Below, piece after piece: positions 6,587 through 15,107 of a DNA stretch of 26,584 nt. The first letter of the stretch is position 1, and every line of letters begins with the position of its first letter. The position numbers were made by a program, and so were the translations under genes. The DNA comes from a virus (lineage: Duplodnaviria; Caudoviricetes): the IMG/VR virus record IMGVR_UViG_3300022742_000112, positions 1 to 26,584 of that record. One strand, 5' to 3'. The notes below the pieces were generated by a model. That model was not told the DNA's origin. It did no database searches and saw nothing but the letters and a program-made list of their open reading frames with translations.

Positions 6587-6666
6587 ACCCGTCCAAGCCC
6601 CAGCGCCAGGAGCGCACACACAACCGCGACCCGCGCGCACGCGCGTTTCCCGACGGCGAGGCATGA
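6583..6666 (+). CDS. Possible 27-aa coupling peptide (MNPSKPQRQERTH...)
   Basis: ATGA overlaps at both ends bridge the gap exactly; no other support. Confidence 0.4.
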   Translation: MNPSKPQRQERTHNRDPRARAFPDGEA

Positions 6667-6932
6667 CCGAAGTAGCGCACCTCAATCCCGGCGAGCGTGT
6701 GGATTGGTTCCGCATGTTCGCCGACCTCAAACGGAACGGCTGGTCCGTGTGGAACATCGCCGAGCAGACCGGCTTGCCTCGCGAGCGACTACGCGGGTGG
6801 CAAAACAATGGGCACGAGCCGAAGCACACGGACGGCGAAGCGTTCATCGCGTTCTACTGCGAGGCGATGGGCCGCCACCGCGCAGACCTGCCAGTCATGC
6901 GCCTGGAACTCTCTGCCGCGAAGGCCAGATAA
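6663..6932 (+). CDS. HTH protein at the early/late boundary (candidate late activator), 89 aa
   Basis: VDWFRMFADLKRNGWSVWNIAEQTGLPRERLRGW...EPKH, XRE-like HTH; SD GAGG; occupies the lambda Q position. Confidence 0.75.
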   Translation: MTEVAHLNPGERVDWFRMFADLKRNGWSVWNIAEQTGLPRERLRGWQNNGHEPKHTDGEAFIAFYCEAMGRHRADLPVMRLELSAAKAR

Positions 6933-6933
6933 A

Positions 6934-6968
6934 CGGGTGGGAATCCACCCATGAGGCCGCCAGACACT
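6934..6968 (+). promoter_or_regulatory. Putative late promoter 1: GGGTGG-GAAT-CCACCC, 12 nt, GACACT
   Basis: The 19-mer CGGGTGGGAATCCACCCAT is identical to 10302-10320; directly upstream of the virion genes. Confidence 0.7.
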
Positions 6969-7006
6969 TCCCGGGTCTTTCAGACCCAATGACCGGAGTG
7001 TTCGCT

Positions 7007-7267
7007 ATGGCTAAGACGCAACCTCGCATCCCGGGCGAGGATCCCGCTGATACCCAGCATGACGATGCTGACATCGCCCTGGCTGCGGCCGAGCCGGTGG
7101 AAACGCCCAAGCCCAAACGCTCAGGCAAGGCCGAGCCAGTGGCGCATGCCGGAAAGCTCCCCTCGCAGCACGACATCGACGCGACGAAGCTCGACCGTGC
7201 GGTGCTGACGGATGACGGCTGGCTCGTGCCGGACAAGCCGCTGCCGAAGAACGACACGCTTCGCTGA
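7007..7267 (+). CDS. Small protein, first late gene (C-terminal AVLTDDGWLVP)
   Basis: ATG 7007 after SD GGAG; 86 aa. Confidence 0.75.
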   Translation: MAKTQPRIPGEDPADTQHDDADIALAAAEPVETPKPKRSGKAEPVAHAGKLPSQHDIDATKLDRAVLTDDGWLVPDKPLPKNDTLR

Positions 7268-7274
7268 GGCCACC

Positions 7275-7571
7275 ATGTGCAACTCGAAGAGCTTGTACGA
7301 TCCGGCCGGCATTTATGGCGGTGGCGGCGACCAACTGCACGCAAAGCTTGGCCTGGGCGTGAAGCCCGAGACGCCTGACGTGGTGACGCGCGATCCGGTG
7401 GCTGAGGAAGCTGCGGCCAAGACCTCAGCGACGCAGGTGGCCAACGCAGCGATCGTTGAGCAGAAGCGCCGACGCAAGGGCGCAAGCCTGCTGTCGTCTG
7501 GTAGTGAGCGCGGCGCGTCCGACTACGGGTCGTCGCTGCTCACGCAGGGCAAGACGCTGCTCGGGGGCTAA
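7275..7571 (+). CDS. Small pre-portal virion-associated protein (T7 gp6.7/7.3-like position)
   Basis: MC start, RRRKGASLL and KTLLGG C-terminal motifs typical of podovirus pre-portal genes. Confidence 0.7.
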   Translation: MCNSKSLYDPAGIYGGGGDQLHAKLGLGVKPETPDVVTRDPVAEEAAAKTSATQVANAAIVEQKRRRKGASLLSSGSERGASDYGSSLLTQGKTLLGG

Positions 7572-9182
7572 ATGGCCGACAACAAAGGCGCAGCGATCAT
7601 CAAGCGCGCCGATGCACTTCGAACGATTCGCCTGCCGCAGGAGCAGCCTTGGCGCGATGTGTTCGACTACTCGTTCCCGTCGCGCGTCGATGGGTTCGAT
7701 GGCGAAGTGCGGGACGCGACGAACACGCAGGACCAGCTTGCGCGGCTCACCGACTCCACGCTCGCCGAGTCCGCGCAGATCCTGACGTCGAACATCCAGG
7801 CTGGCATGACGCCGGCCAACGCCGTTTGGACTGGCTTCCAGACTCCGCAGCAGTCGCAGGAGGAAAGCCTGTGGTTTGATGCCTGCGCGACGACAATCTG
7901 GCAGCACATCCACGCGAGCAACTTCGACGCCGAGGATTACGAAGCGACGCTTGAGATGGTGCTGGCCGGCTGGGGTGTGCTCTTCATTGACGAAGACCGC
8001 GACGCCGGCGGCTACGTGTTTCAGTGGTGGCCCATCAGCGGCTGTTATATCGCCCAGTCCAAGCCTGGCGGCAAGGTCGACACGATCTATCGGCCCTACA
8101 AGCTCACGGCTGAGCAAGCGGTGAATCAGTTTAGCCTCCGCGGCGACCAGCTCAGCGACGCGGTGCGTGAATGCGCAATGAAGAAGCCGGACGAGCTGAT
8201 CGAGTTCGTTCAGGCGATCTATCCGCGCAAGGGCGGTGTGCAGGGTGCGGCCATGGCTCGCAATCTGCCGTTCGCCTCCTGCCATGTGGAGCGCAAAACG
8301 GCGAAGCTCGTGCGTGAGAGCGGCTTCCACGAGCAGCCCTTCACCTGTTTTCGCTGGAGCGTGCTTCCCAATCTGCCCTACGGCATGGGCCCGGCCTCGG
8401 TCGCACTGCCCGACGCCAAGATGCTCAACGGCGTAAAGCGTCTTGAGTATCAGAATCTCGATATGGCTGTGGCCGGCATGTGGATTGCCGAAGACGACGG
8501 GGTGCTCAACCCGCGCAACGTGAAGGTGGGAGCGCGCAAGATCATCGTCGCCAACTCGGTGGACAGCATGAAGGCGCTGCAACCGGCGACAAACTTCCAG
8601 ATCGCGTTCATGAGCGAGGAGAAGCTACAGGCGCAGATCAAGCGCGTGATGATGGCCGACCATCTGACGCCGCGCGAGGGCCCCGTGGAAACGGCCGCCG
8701 CCGTGTATGAGCGCATCAGCCTCCTGCGCCAACTGCTCGGCCCGCTCTACGGCCGCCTGCAGTCGGAAAAGCTCAAGACGCTGGTAGAGCGCTGCTTTGG
8801 CATTGCGATGCGCGCGGGTGTTCTGCCGCCCATGCCCGAATCTCTGCAAGGCAAGCAGGCCACGGTTTCCTACCGGTCGCCCTTCGCCCGTGCGCAGAAG
8901 ATGGAAGAGGTTGCGGCGATCGAGCGCGCATGGATGTCCGCGGGCCAGATTGCGGTAGCCAAGCAAGACCCTGGCGCCATGGACAACCTGGACGCAGACG
9001 CATCGGTCATCGAGATCACTAAGGCCGTGGGCGCAGAGAAGATCCTGCGCGACCCGAAGGTCGTTGCCCTCATCCGCAAGCAGCGCGAAGACGCGCAGCA
9101 GGCCGCGAAGCAGCAGGAAATGGCTCAGCCCATCGTGCAGGAAGCCGGCAAGGCTCTCGCGCAGAACATGGTGAATGCGTGA
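7572..9182 (+). CDS. Portal (head-tail connector, T7 gp8/Bbp21-like)
   Basis: 536 aa; RWSVLPNLPYGMGP, ALPDAKMLN, LGPLYGRLQSE and YRSPFARAQK motifs. Confidence 0.93.
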   Translation: MADNKGAAIIKRADALRTIRLPQEQPWRDVFDYSFPSRVDGFDGEVRDATNTQDQLARLTDSTLAESAQILTSNIQAGMTPANAVWTGFQTPQQSQEESLWFDACATTIWQHIHASNFDAEDYEATLEMVLAGWGVLFIDEDRDAGGYVFQWWPISGCYIAQSKPGGKVDTIYRPYKLTAEQAVNQFSLRGDQLSDAVRECAMKKPDELIEFVQAIYPRKGGVQGAAMARNLPFASCHVERKTAKLVRESGFHEQPFTCFRWSVLPNLPYGMGPASVALPDAKMLNGVKRLEYQNLDMAVAGMWIAEDDGVLNPRNVKVGARKIIVANSVDSMKALQPATNFQIAFMSEEKLQAQIKRVMMADHLTPREGPVETAAAVYERISLLRQLLGPLYGRLQSEKLKTLVERCFGIAMRAGVLPPMPESLQGKQATVSYRSPFARAQKMEEVAAIERAWMSAGQIAVAKQDPGAMDNLDADASVIEITKAVGAEKILRDPKVVALIRKQREDAQQAAKQQEMAQPIVQEAGKALAQNMVNA

Positions 9183-9430
9183 GCCAGAACGACGAAGCGC
9201 GTGCGCGCGCACTCATGTACCGCGACATCTTCGAAACAGATCGTCGCGGCGCTGCCATCTTTGAAGACCTGTACCGCCGCTTTGCCGCGCACGCCAAGGT
9301 GCATACCGAGGGCGGCATCGATGCGGTGCTCAAGACCTACCAGGCCTCGGCGCATCGAGAGGTGATCGAGTACATCGTGCGGCAGATCAACCGCGCCAAC
9401 GAGGTCGGCGACGACCAAGACCAGGAGTGA
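9179..9430 (+). CDS. Bbp19-like small protein between portal and scaffold
   Basis: YRDIFE...GAAIFEDL...REVIEYI pattern and position. Confidence 0.8.
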   Translation: MSQNDEARARALMYRDIFETDRRGAAIFEDLYRRFAAHAKVHTEGGIDAVLKTYQASAHREVIEYIVRQINRANEVGDDQDQE

Positions 9431-9433
9431 CCC

Positions 9434-10288
9434 GTGTTCCTTCGCAATCGCCATCCCTATCTCGAACAAGCCGCTGACGTGCCCGCAGGCGCTGGCGGCG
9501 GCGGTTCTGGCGCGTCCGCTGGTGCTGATCCGGCGGCAGGCGGATCGCTGCTTTCCCAGGGCGGCACGCCGGCCGAAGTCCCGCTCAACGAGTTTGTGCC
9601 GGAGAAGTTCCGCGCGATGCGCGACGACAACGGCACGCAGGTATTCGACGCCGAGGCCACGCTGCGCAAGGTGACGCAGAGCTATGTGGAACTCGAGAAG
9701 CACAAAGGGGCAATCCCTGAGGTGCCGAAGTCAGCAGAGGAGTACGCGCCCAAGATCGAGGTGGAAGGCTTCGATATGGATGCGTTCAAGGCCGACCCGA
9801 TGACGGCAAGTTTCCTCAAGGGCGCGCACGCTAAGGGAATGACCAATGACCAGGTGAGCTACGTCCTGCAGAGCTATTTTCAGTCGGCACCCGAGCTTGT
9901 GCAGGCGGCGAAAAACTTCGACCGCGGCTCCTGCGAAAAGTCGCTGCGCGAGACCTGGGCAGATGAGGCTGCCTTCAAGCAGAACCTGTCTGGCGCTTGG
10001 AAATCGTTCCAGACCTACGCCGAGAAGGCGGGCGTTACGGTGGAGGAGGCCGAGGCGTCGGGCATCGCCAACAACCCGATCTTCCTGCGCCTGATGGCAT
10101 CCATCGCGCCCGAGCTGCAGGAAGATCCGGGCGTGCATCCGGGCGACGCTAGCCCGACTGGCGAGAGCGATATCAACGCGCTGCTGGTATCGGAGGCTTA
10201 CATGAATCCCAAGCACCCGGAACACCAGAACGTGAGCCAGAAGGTGCAGCGCTACTACCAGTCGAAGTTCAAGGGCGCCGCGCTCTAG
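9434..10288 (+). CDS. Capsid assembly scaffolding protein
   Basis: Position; VPEKF, SYVELEK, LRETW, NNPIFLRLM and AYMNPKHPEH motifs. Confidence 0.85.
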   Translation: MFLRNRHPYLEQAADVPAGAGGGGSGASAGADPAAGGSLLSQGGTPAEVPLNEFVPEKFRAMRDDNGTQVFDAEATLRKVTQSYVELEKHKGAIPEVPKSAEEYAPKIEVEGFDMDAFKADPMTASFLKGAHAKGMTNDQVSYVLQSYFQSAPELVQAAKNFDRGSCEKSLRETWADEAAFKQNLSGAWKSFQTYAEKAGVTVEEAEASGIANNPIFLRLMASIAPELQEDPGVHPGDASPTGESDINALLVSEAYMNPKHPEHQNVSQKVQRYYQSKFKGAAL

Positions 10289-10301
10289 AGCGTGTGCCAA
10301 T

Positions 10302-10336
10302 CGGGTGGGAATCCACCCATTCCAAATCCGCAACAT
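10302..10336 (+). promoter_or_regulatory. Putative late promoter 2: GGGTGG-GAAT-CCACCC, 12 nt, CAACAT
   Basis: Second copy of the 19-mer, upstream of the major capsid gene. Confidence 0.7.
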
Positions 10337-10482
10337 CACGGGCAGTGAGGCCCGTGGTGGCACGCGGAGAACCTCCTGAATTGCCCGTCAGTGCAGCGCT
10401 GTAGCCGGCGCGCACCACGACAGCAGGCCCGGCAGACGGCTGGACAACCTGAAGGCGACCTCGACAATTTCAGGAGCCATTC
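10337..10482 (+). ncRNA. Candidate structured cis-regulatory leader of the capsid gene
   Basis: Two like-shaped hairpins (10347-10375, 10424-10451), a middle hairpin (10391-10415) and an anti-SD segment (10373-10383), paired by hand. Confidence 0.55.
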
Positions 10483-11343
10483 ATGTCTTCCACTATCCCC
10501 GAGGCATTCGTCCGGCAGTTCGACGATACCTATCGCATGCTTGCGCAGCAGAAGGAAAGCCGCTTCCAAAGCGCTGTTCTGGACCGCGGCATGATCACCG
10601 GTGAGTCCTTCACCGCCAACAACCTGGGCACCGTCGATGAACTCGACGAGGACAACGTCCGCCACGGCGACACCATCTGGTCCGAGATCGACCACGAAAC
10701 GCGCGTCGCGGTCATGCGTGATTACAACAAGGCGTTCCCCGTCGATCGCGCCGACGAGCCCAAGCTGCTCGCCAACCCGAGCGGTTCGTACATGGAACGT
10801 CTGGTGCAGGCGAAGAACCTGCGCATCGACAACCTGATCTATGCCGCGCTGCGTGGCGCGTCCTTGAAGAAGGACAGCACCACCGTAGCGCTACCGGCAG
10901 GGCAGAAGATCGCCCACGGCAGCGCCGGCATGACCAAGGCCAAGATCATTCAGGCGAAAAAGCTCTTCCGCAAGAACGAGGCCGATAGCTTCAACGGTGA
11001 AGAGCTCTACATGGCCTACAACGCCGACGTGCTCGAAGACATCCTCGCGGACACCACACTGACCAGCGCGGACTTTCTGGCCGTGAAGATGCTCCAGGAC
11101 GGCGACGTATCCGGCCGCTGGATGGGCTTCAACTGGCTGCCCTACGAACGGCTCTTCAACGATGGTACTGCCACCTACGCCGTGGCCTGGGCCAAGTCCG
11201 GCGTGCATTTCGGTACCGGCTTCATGGAAGGCGACGTCGGCCGCCGCAAGGACAAGAAGAACACCCTGCAGGTGATGATGTCCGGCTCGTGGGCTGCAGT
11301 GCGCACCGACGAGAAAAAGGTCGTCGAGATCGCCTTCCAGTAA
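10483..11343 (+). CDS. Major capsid protein (podovirus type)
   Basis: FVRQF...LAQQKESR N-terminus, WMGFNW, AVRTDEKKVVEI C-terminus; SD AGGAG. Confidence 0.93.
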   Translation: MSSTIPEAFVRQFDDTYRMLAQQKESRFQSAVLDRGMITGESFTANNLGTVDELDEDNVRHGDTIWSEIDHETRVAVMRDYNKAFPVDRADEPKLLANPSGSYMERLVQAKNLRIDNLIYAALRGASLKKDSTTVALPAGQKIAHGSAGMTKAKIIQAKKLFRKNEADSFNGEELYMAYNADVLEDILADTTLTSADFLAVKMLQDGDVSGRWMGFNWLPYERLFNDGTATYAVAWAKSGVHFGTGFMEGDVGRRKDKKNTLQVMMSGSWAAVRTDEKKVVEIAFQ

Positions 11344-11370
11344 CCCGCCACAGACTTCAAGGAGAACGAC

Positions 11371-11826
11371 ATGGCAGAAGTGAATGGACGCCTCCCGACC
11401 GAGTTGGCTGCGGGTCGGAAGGTTCTTCCCGACACACTCGCGGGTTCGGCAACCGCAGTTTGCGAAATGCCCCTGACGCACTCAGGTGCGCAGATCGCCG
11501 ACACGATCGGGTTTGGCGTCGTGCTGAAGAAAGGTACGCGCCTGCTCGGGCTGCCGGTTCTCAGCAACGGTGCCGGCACCGCGTCGAGCACGATCGCCGT
11601 GGGCCTGCGCAACGCGGTCACCAAGGTTGTGGTGGATGCAACTGCGATCCTCCCGCAAACCGCAATCAACGCTGCCCAGACGATCCAGGTCGCGACTGGC
11701 AACAAGATCAAGGACGGGCAGCGTTATGTGCTCGACCAGGACTGCGAGCTCTACGCCACCGTGGCCGGTGCAGCCGTGCCGGCTAACCAGGCGATCCGTG
11801 TCGAAGTGCCGTACATGCAGGCCTGA
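11371..11826 (+). CDS. Putative capsid decoration/cement protein
   Basis: Beta-rich 151 aa right after the capsid, SD AAGGAG, before the terminator. Confidence 0.7.
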   Translation: MAEVNGRLPTELAAGRKVLPDTLAGSATAVCEMPLTHSGAQIADTIGFGVVLKKGTRLLGLPVLSNGAGTASSTIAVGLRNAVTKVVVDATAILPQTAINAAQTIQVATGNKIKDGQRYVLDQDCELYATVAGAAVPANQAIRVEVPYMQA

Positions 11827-11848
11827 CCCACTGGGCCTGTGAATGGAA

Positions 11849-11873
11849 GCGGGGGCCAAGTGCCCCCGTTTTT
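11849..11873 (+). terminator. Intrinsic terminator after the head genes
   Basis: GCGGGGGC-CAAGT-GCCCCCGT followed by TTTT. Confidence 0.85.
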
Positions 11874-11889
11874 GTAGGGAGCGCACCGC

Positions 11890-12456
11890 ATGGCGGTCAA
11901 TGCTGTATCGATCTGCTCGAATGCCCTGCTGCAGTTGGGCGACAACCCGATCAACTCGCTGACGGACAGCAATGATCGCGCACGCCTGTGTGCAAACCTG
12001 TACCCACAGATCCGTGACCGCATGCTCCGCGCTCACCCCTGGAACTGCGCGATCAAGCGCGTGGTCCTCGCGCCGGATGCAACCGCGCCAGCCTTCGACT
12101 GGCAGGCTCAGTTTCTTCTGCCGAGCGATTGGCTCAAGACGCTCCAGGTTGGCGACAAGTACCAGCCGCTGAGCTACGTGTCAGAGGGCCGCTACATCCT
12201 TGCCAACGCGGACTCACTGCCGCTGCGCTATGTGTTTCGCAACGATGTTGAGGGCACATGGGATTCGCTGCTGCAGGACGCGATGACGCTCGCGATGTGC
12301 GTGGCGCTGGCCTATCCGATTACCGAGTCGACCACGCTGCGCGAGAGCTTCTTCCAGCAGCTGCAAGCAGCGCTGAAGGAAGCGCGGGCCGTTGATGGGC
12401 AGGACGATCCGCCTGATACCTTCGGCGACTTCCCTTTGCTGAGCAGCCGGTTCTGA
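11890..12456 (+). CDS. Tail adaptor / tubular protein A (T7 gp11-like)
   Basis: ICSNALLQLGD...I, HPWNCA and LPSDWL motifs. Confidence 0.9.
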   Translation: MAVNAVSICSNALLQLGDNPINSLTDSNDRARLCANLYPQIRDRMLRAHPWNCAIKRVVLAPDATAPAFDWQAQFLLPSDWLKTLQVGDKYQPLSYVSEGRYILANADSLPLRYVFRNDVEGTWDSLLQDAMTLAMCVALAYPITESTTLRESFFQQLQAALKEARAVDGQDDPPDTFGDFPLLSSRF

Positions 12457-12466
12457 GGGGCGCACG

Positions 12467-14644
12467 ATGCCGCGCGTCCATCTGAACCAAACCAACTTCA
12501 CGGCGGGGGAGATCTCGCCGGAGATGTACGGTCGCACCGACATCGAGCGCTACCCCAACGGGGCAAAGCGCCTGACGAACTGCTCGGTGCGGATTCAGGG
12601 CGGCGCTGTGGGTCGCGAGGGCTCGATCTACGTGAAGGGCGCGAAGTTCGACGCCACACGCAAGTGTCGTGTGCTGCCCTTCGTCTTCAGCCGGCAGCAG
12701 GCCTACATCATCGAGTTCGGGCACCAGTACGTCCGATTCTACAGCGAGCATGTGCAGCTCGGTGCGCCCTACGAGATCAGCACGCCCTACACGGAATCGA
12801 CGGTCTTCGAGATCGACTACGCGCAGCGTGGCGACACGATGTTCATCTTTCACAAGGACATCCCGACCCACCGCCTACGTCGATTTGGCAACACGAATTG
12901 GGATGTCGCCCCCGCGCCATGGGTCTATCAGCCCACAACGGAACTAGGCTTCAAGCCCACTGCAAACCTGACGCTTTCGTCAGCCAGCGTGGGTACTGGG
13001 CGGACGGTCACCGCATCCGCAGGCGTCTTCATGGCCTCCGATGTGGGGCGCGACATCGTGTCGCAGGCAGGGCTTGCGACCATCACCGCCTTTACGAGCG
13101 CGACTGTCGTGACGGCCGAGATTGTTGTCGCGTTCTCCAGCACGTCGGTGGCGATCAACTCCTGGACGCTTGAGGGTTCCCCGCAGACCACGCTCACTCC
13201 GTCGGCGGCTACGCCAGTGGGCGCCGCTATTACGCTGACGCTTGGGGCGAATGGTTGGCGCGACCCGGACGACATTGGCAAGCTCATCGTGATCAATGGC
13301 GGGCTGGTGGAACTCTTGAGCGTCACTAGCGCGACTGTTGCCAATGGGAAGATCCTGCGCGAGCTATCCAGCGCTGCCGCAGCGCCAGCCCTGGCCTGGA
13401 CGCTGGAGTCCAGCATGTGGGGAGGAGACAACCTTTACCCGGCCACGGGCACCTTCTACCAGCAGCGCTTGATCATGGCGAACAGCCCCGGATTCCCGCG
13501 GCATGTCTTCGCATCCTCGACTGGCAATGTCCTGGACTTCCTCCTTGGTACGGACGACTCCGACGCCTTCGCGACTCCTGTGGCCGACGCGGACGAGATT
13601 CGCTACGTGGCATCGGTGCGCGTGCTGTCCTCGATGGCCTACAACGGCGAGTTCGTCATGCAGGGTGGTGTCGAAAAGCCTATCGCGCCGACGAACGTGC
13701 AGATCACCAACCAGAGCAACTACGGCGTGGACAAGGTGCGCCCCGTGCGCGTGGGAAACGAGCTCTATTTCACCCAGCGCGCCGGTCGAAAGGTCCGGGC
13801 TTTCACTTACCAATTCACCGAGGACAGCTTTGACGCGCCGGATATTACAAAGCTGGCCAACCACATCACCGAGGGTGGCGTGGCTGAAATGACCTACCAG
13901 CAGGAACCATACTCGCGGCTCATGTGCGTGCGCGAAGACGGCGTGATCGCACAGGCCACACTGGATCGCACCGAGGGCGTGATCGCCTGGACGCCTTGGG
14001 AGACGGACGGCGTCTATGAATCGCTCGCGACCATTCCGGTGGGCGACGCTGACGAGACCTGGGCAGTGGTGCTGCGGACGATTAACGGTGTTCCCCACCG
14101 CTTCATCGAGTACTTCAGCGAGAGTGTTCGCACGGATAGCGCAGTCCTGCAGACCAGTGGTTCGCCCAAGAAGACGTGGACCGGTCTTGATCACCTGAAC
14201 GGCGCCACAGTGGCCGTGCTCGCCGACGATGTCGTGATGCCGGACATGGTCGTCTCTGGCGGTCAGATCACTCTGCCGCGCAATGCCTCGGCGATTCAGG
14301 TGGGGTTGCACTACGAGCCTTACATCGAGTTGCTGCCAATCGAGTTTCCCACCGGGCAAGGTACGGCGCAGGGCGCGCAGGGCAAGTGCGGCGAGATCCG
14401 CGTGCGCCTGCATGAGTCGCTTGGCTGTGTGATTGAGGATCCGGACGAAGGCAAATCGGAGGTGATCCCGTTCAGGCGCTTGGGCGACGCTGTGCTTGAT
14501 CAACCGATACCGCCGTTCTCGGGGGACAAGACCACGACGCAGATGGGCTGGAAGAAGAACAGCGGAAACCTGGTGATTCGCCAGCCGCAGCCGCTGCCGT
14601 TCCATGTGCTGTCCGTGGTCCGTCGCGTGACGGTGAATGACTGA
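12467..14644 (+). CDS. Tail nozzle / tubular protein B (T7 gp12-like)
   Basis: QTNFTAGEISP, FYQQRL, DITKLANHI and QPQPLPFHVLS motifs; 725 aa. Confidence 0.92.
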   Translation: MPRVHLNQTNFTAGEISPEMYGRTDIERYPNGAKRLTNCSVRIQGGAVGREGSIYVKGAKFDATRKCRVLPFVFSRQQAYIIEFGHQYVRFYSEHVQLGAPYEISTPYTESTVFEIDYAQRGDTMFIFHKDIPTHRLRRFGNTNWDVAPAPWVYQPTTELGFKPTANLTLSSASVGTGRTVTASAGVFMASDVGRDIVSQAGLATITAFTSATVVTAEIVVAFSSTSVAINSWTLEGSPQTTLTPSAATPVGAAITLTLGANGWRDPDDIGKLIVINGGLVELLSVTSATVANGKILRELSSAAAAPALAWTLESSMWGGDNLYPATGTFYQQRLIMANSPGFPRHVFASSTGNVLDFLLGTDDSDAFATPVADADEIRYVASVRVLSSMAYNGEFVMQGGVEKPIAPTNVQITNQSNYGVDKVRPVRVGNELYFTQRAGRKVRAFTYQFTEDSFDAPDITKLANHITEGGVAEMTYQQEPYSRLMCVREDGVIAQATLDRTEGVIAWTPWETDGVYESLATIPVGDADETWAVVLRTINGVPHRFIEYFSESVRTDSAVLQTSGSPKKTWTGLDHLNGATVAVLADDVVMPDMVVSGGQITLPRNASAIQVGLHYEPYIELLPIEFPTGQGTAQGAQGKCGEIRVRLHESLGCVIEDPDEGKSEVIPFRRLGDAVLDQPIPPFSGDKTTTQMGWKKNSGNLVIRQPQPLPFHVLSVVRRVTVND

Positions 14645-15104
14645 GGCCGCCATGACGATGCGAACCGCAACCCTCGCTGACATCCCGGCCATTGTCCGCA
14701 TGGCCGCTGCGATGCACGCCGAGAGCCGATATGCGCGCCTGACCTTCGACCCTGCACGGATGTCGCATCTGACGGCCGCACTGATCCACAACGAGGATGG
14801 CTTCGTGCGCGTAGTGGAGAAGGAAGGCGAGGCAATCGGAACGATGCTCGCCCAGATCATGCGCGAGCCCTGGTTCGCGATCGAGCCCGTGGCCTACGAG
14901 TACGGCGTCTATGTGATGCCGGAGCACCGGGGCGGCACTGGAGCGGCGCGAATGATCAAGGCGTTCGGTGCGTGGGCAGTCGAGCGGGGTGCACGGATCG
15001 TGGATCTGGGTATCTCGACAGAGATTACCGAAGAGCGCACCGGCGCCTTCTACGAGCGGCTTGGCTTTCGCCGTGCTGGCTCGCTGTATTCGATGGAGGT
15101 CTGA
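14637..15104 (+). CDS. GNAT-family acetyltransferase in the virion module
   Basis: RTATLADIPAI, YVMPEHRG (motif A) and FYERLGF (motif B). Confidence 0.9.
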   Translation: MTEAAMTMRTATLADIPAIVRMAAAMHAESRYARLTFDPARMSHLTAALIHNEDGFVRVVEKEGEAIGTMLAQIMREPWFAIEPVAYEYGVYVMPEHRGGTGAARMIKAFGAWAVERGARIVDLGISTEITEERTGAFYERLGFRRAGSLYSMEV

Positions 15105-15107
15105 GCG

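Noticed and set aside
6935-6950. GGGTGG/CCACCC palindromes as intrinsic terminators or REP elements
   Set aside because: No U-tract follows, one copy is inside a coding region, and the fixed spacing to a -10-like hexamer fits a promoter element better.
11310-11373. T7 10B-like capsid extension by -1 frameshift at G-AAA-AAG, or TAA read-through into the in-frame decoration gene
   Set aside because: The heptamer is imperfect and the -1 frame looks like shadow sequence; the decoration gene has its own strong SD and in-frame spacing occurs by chance one time in three.
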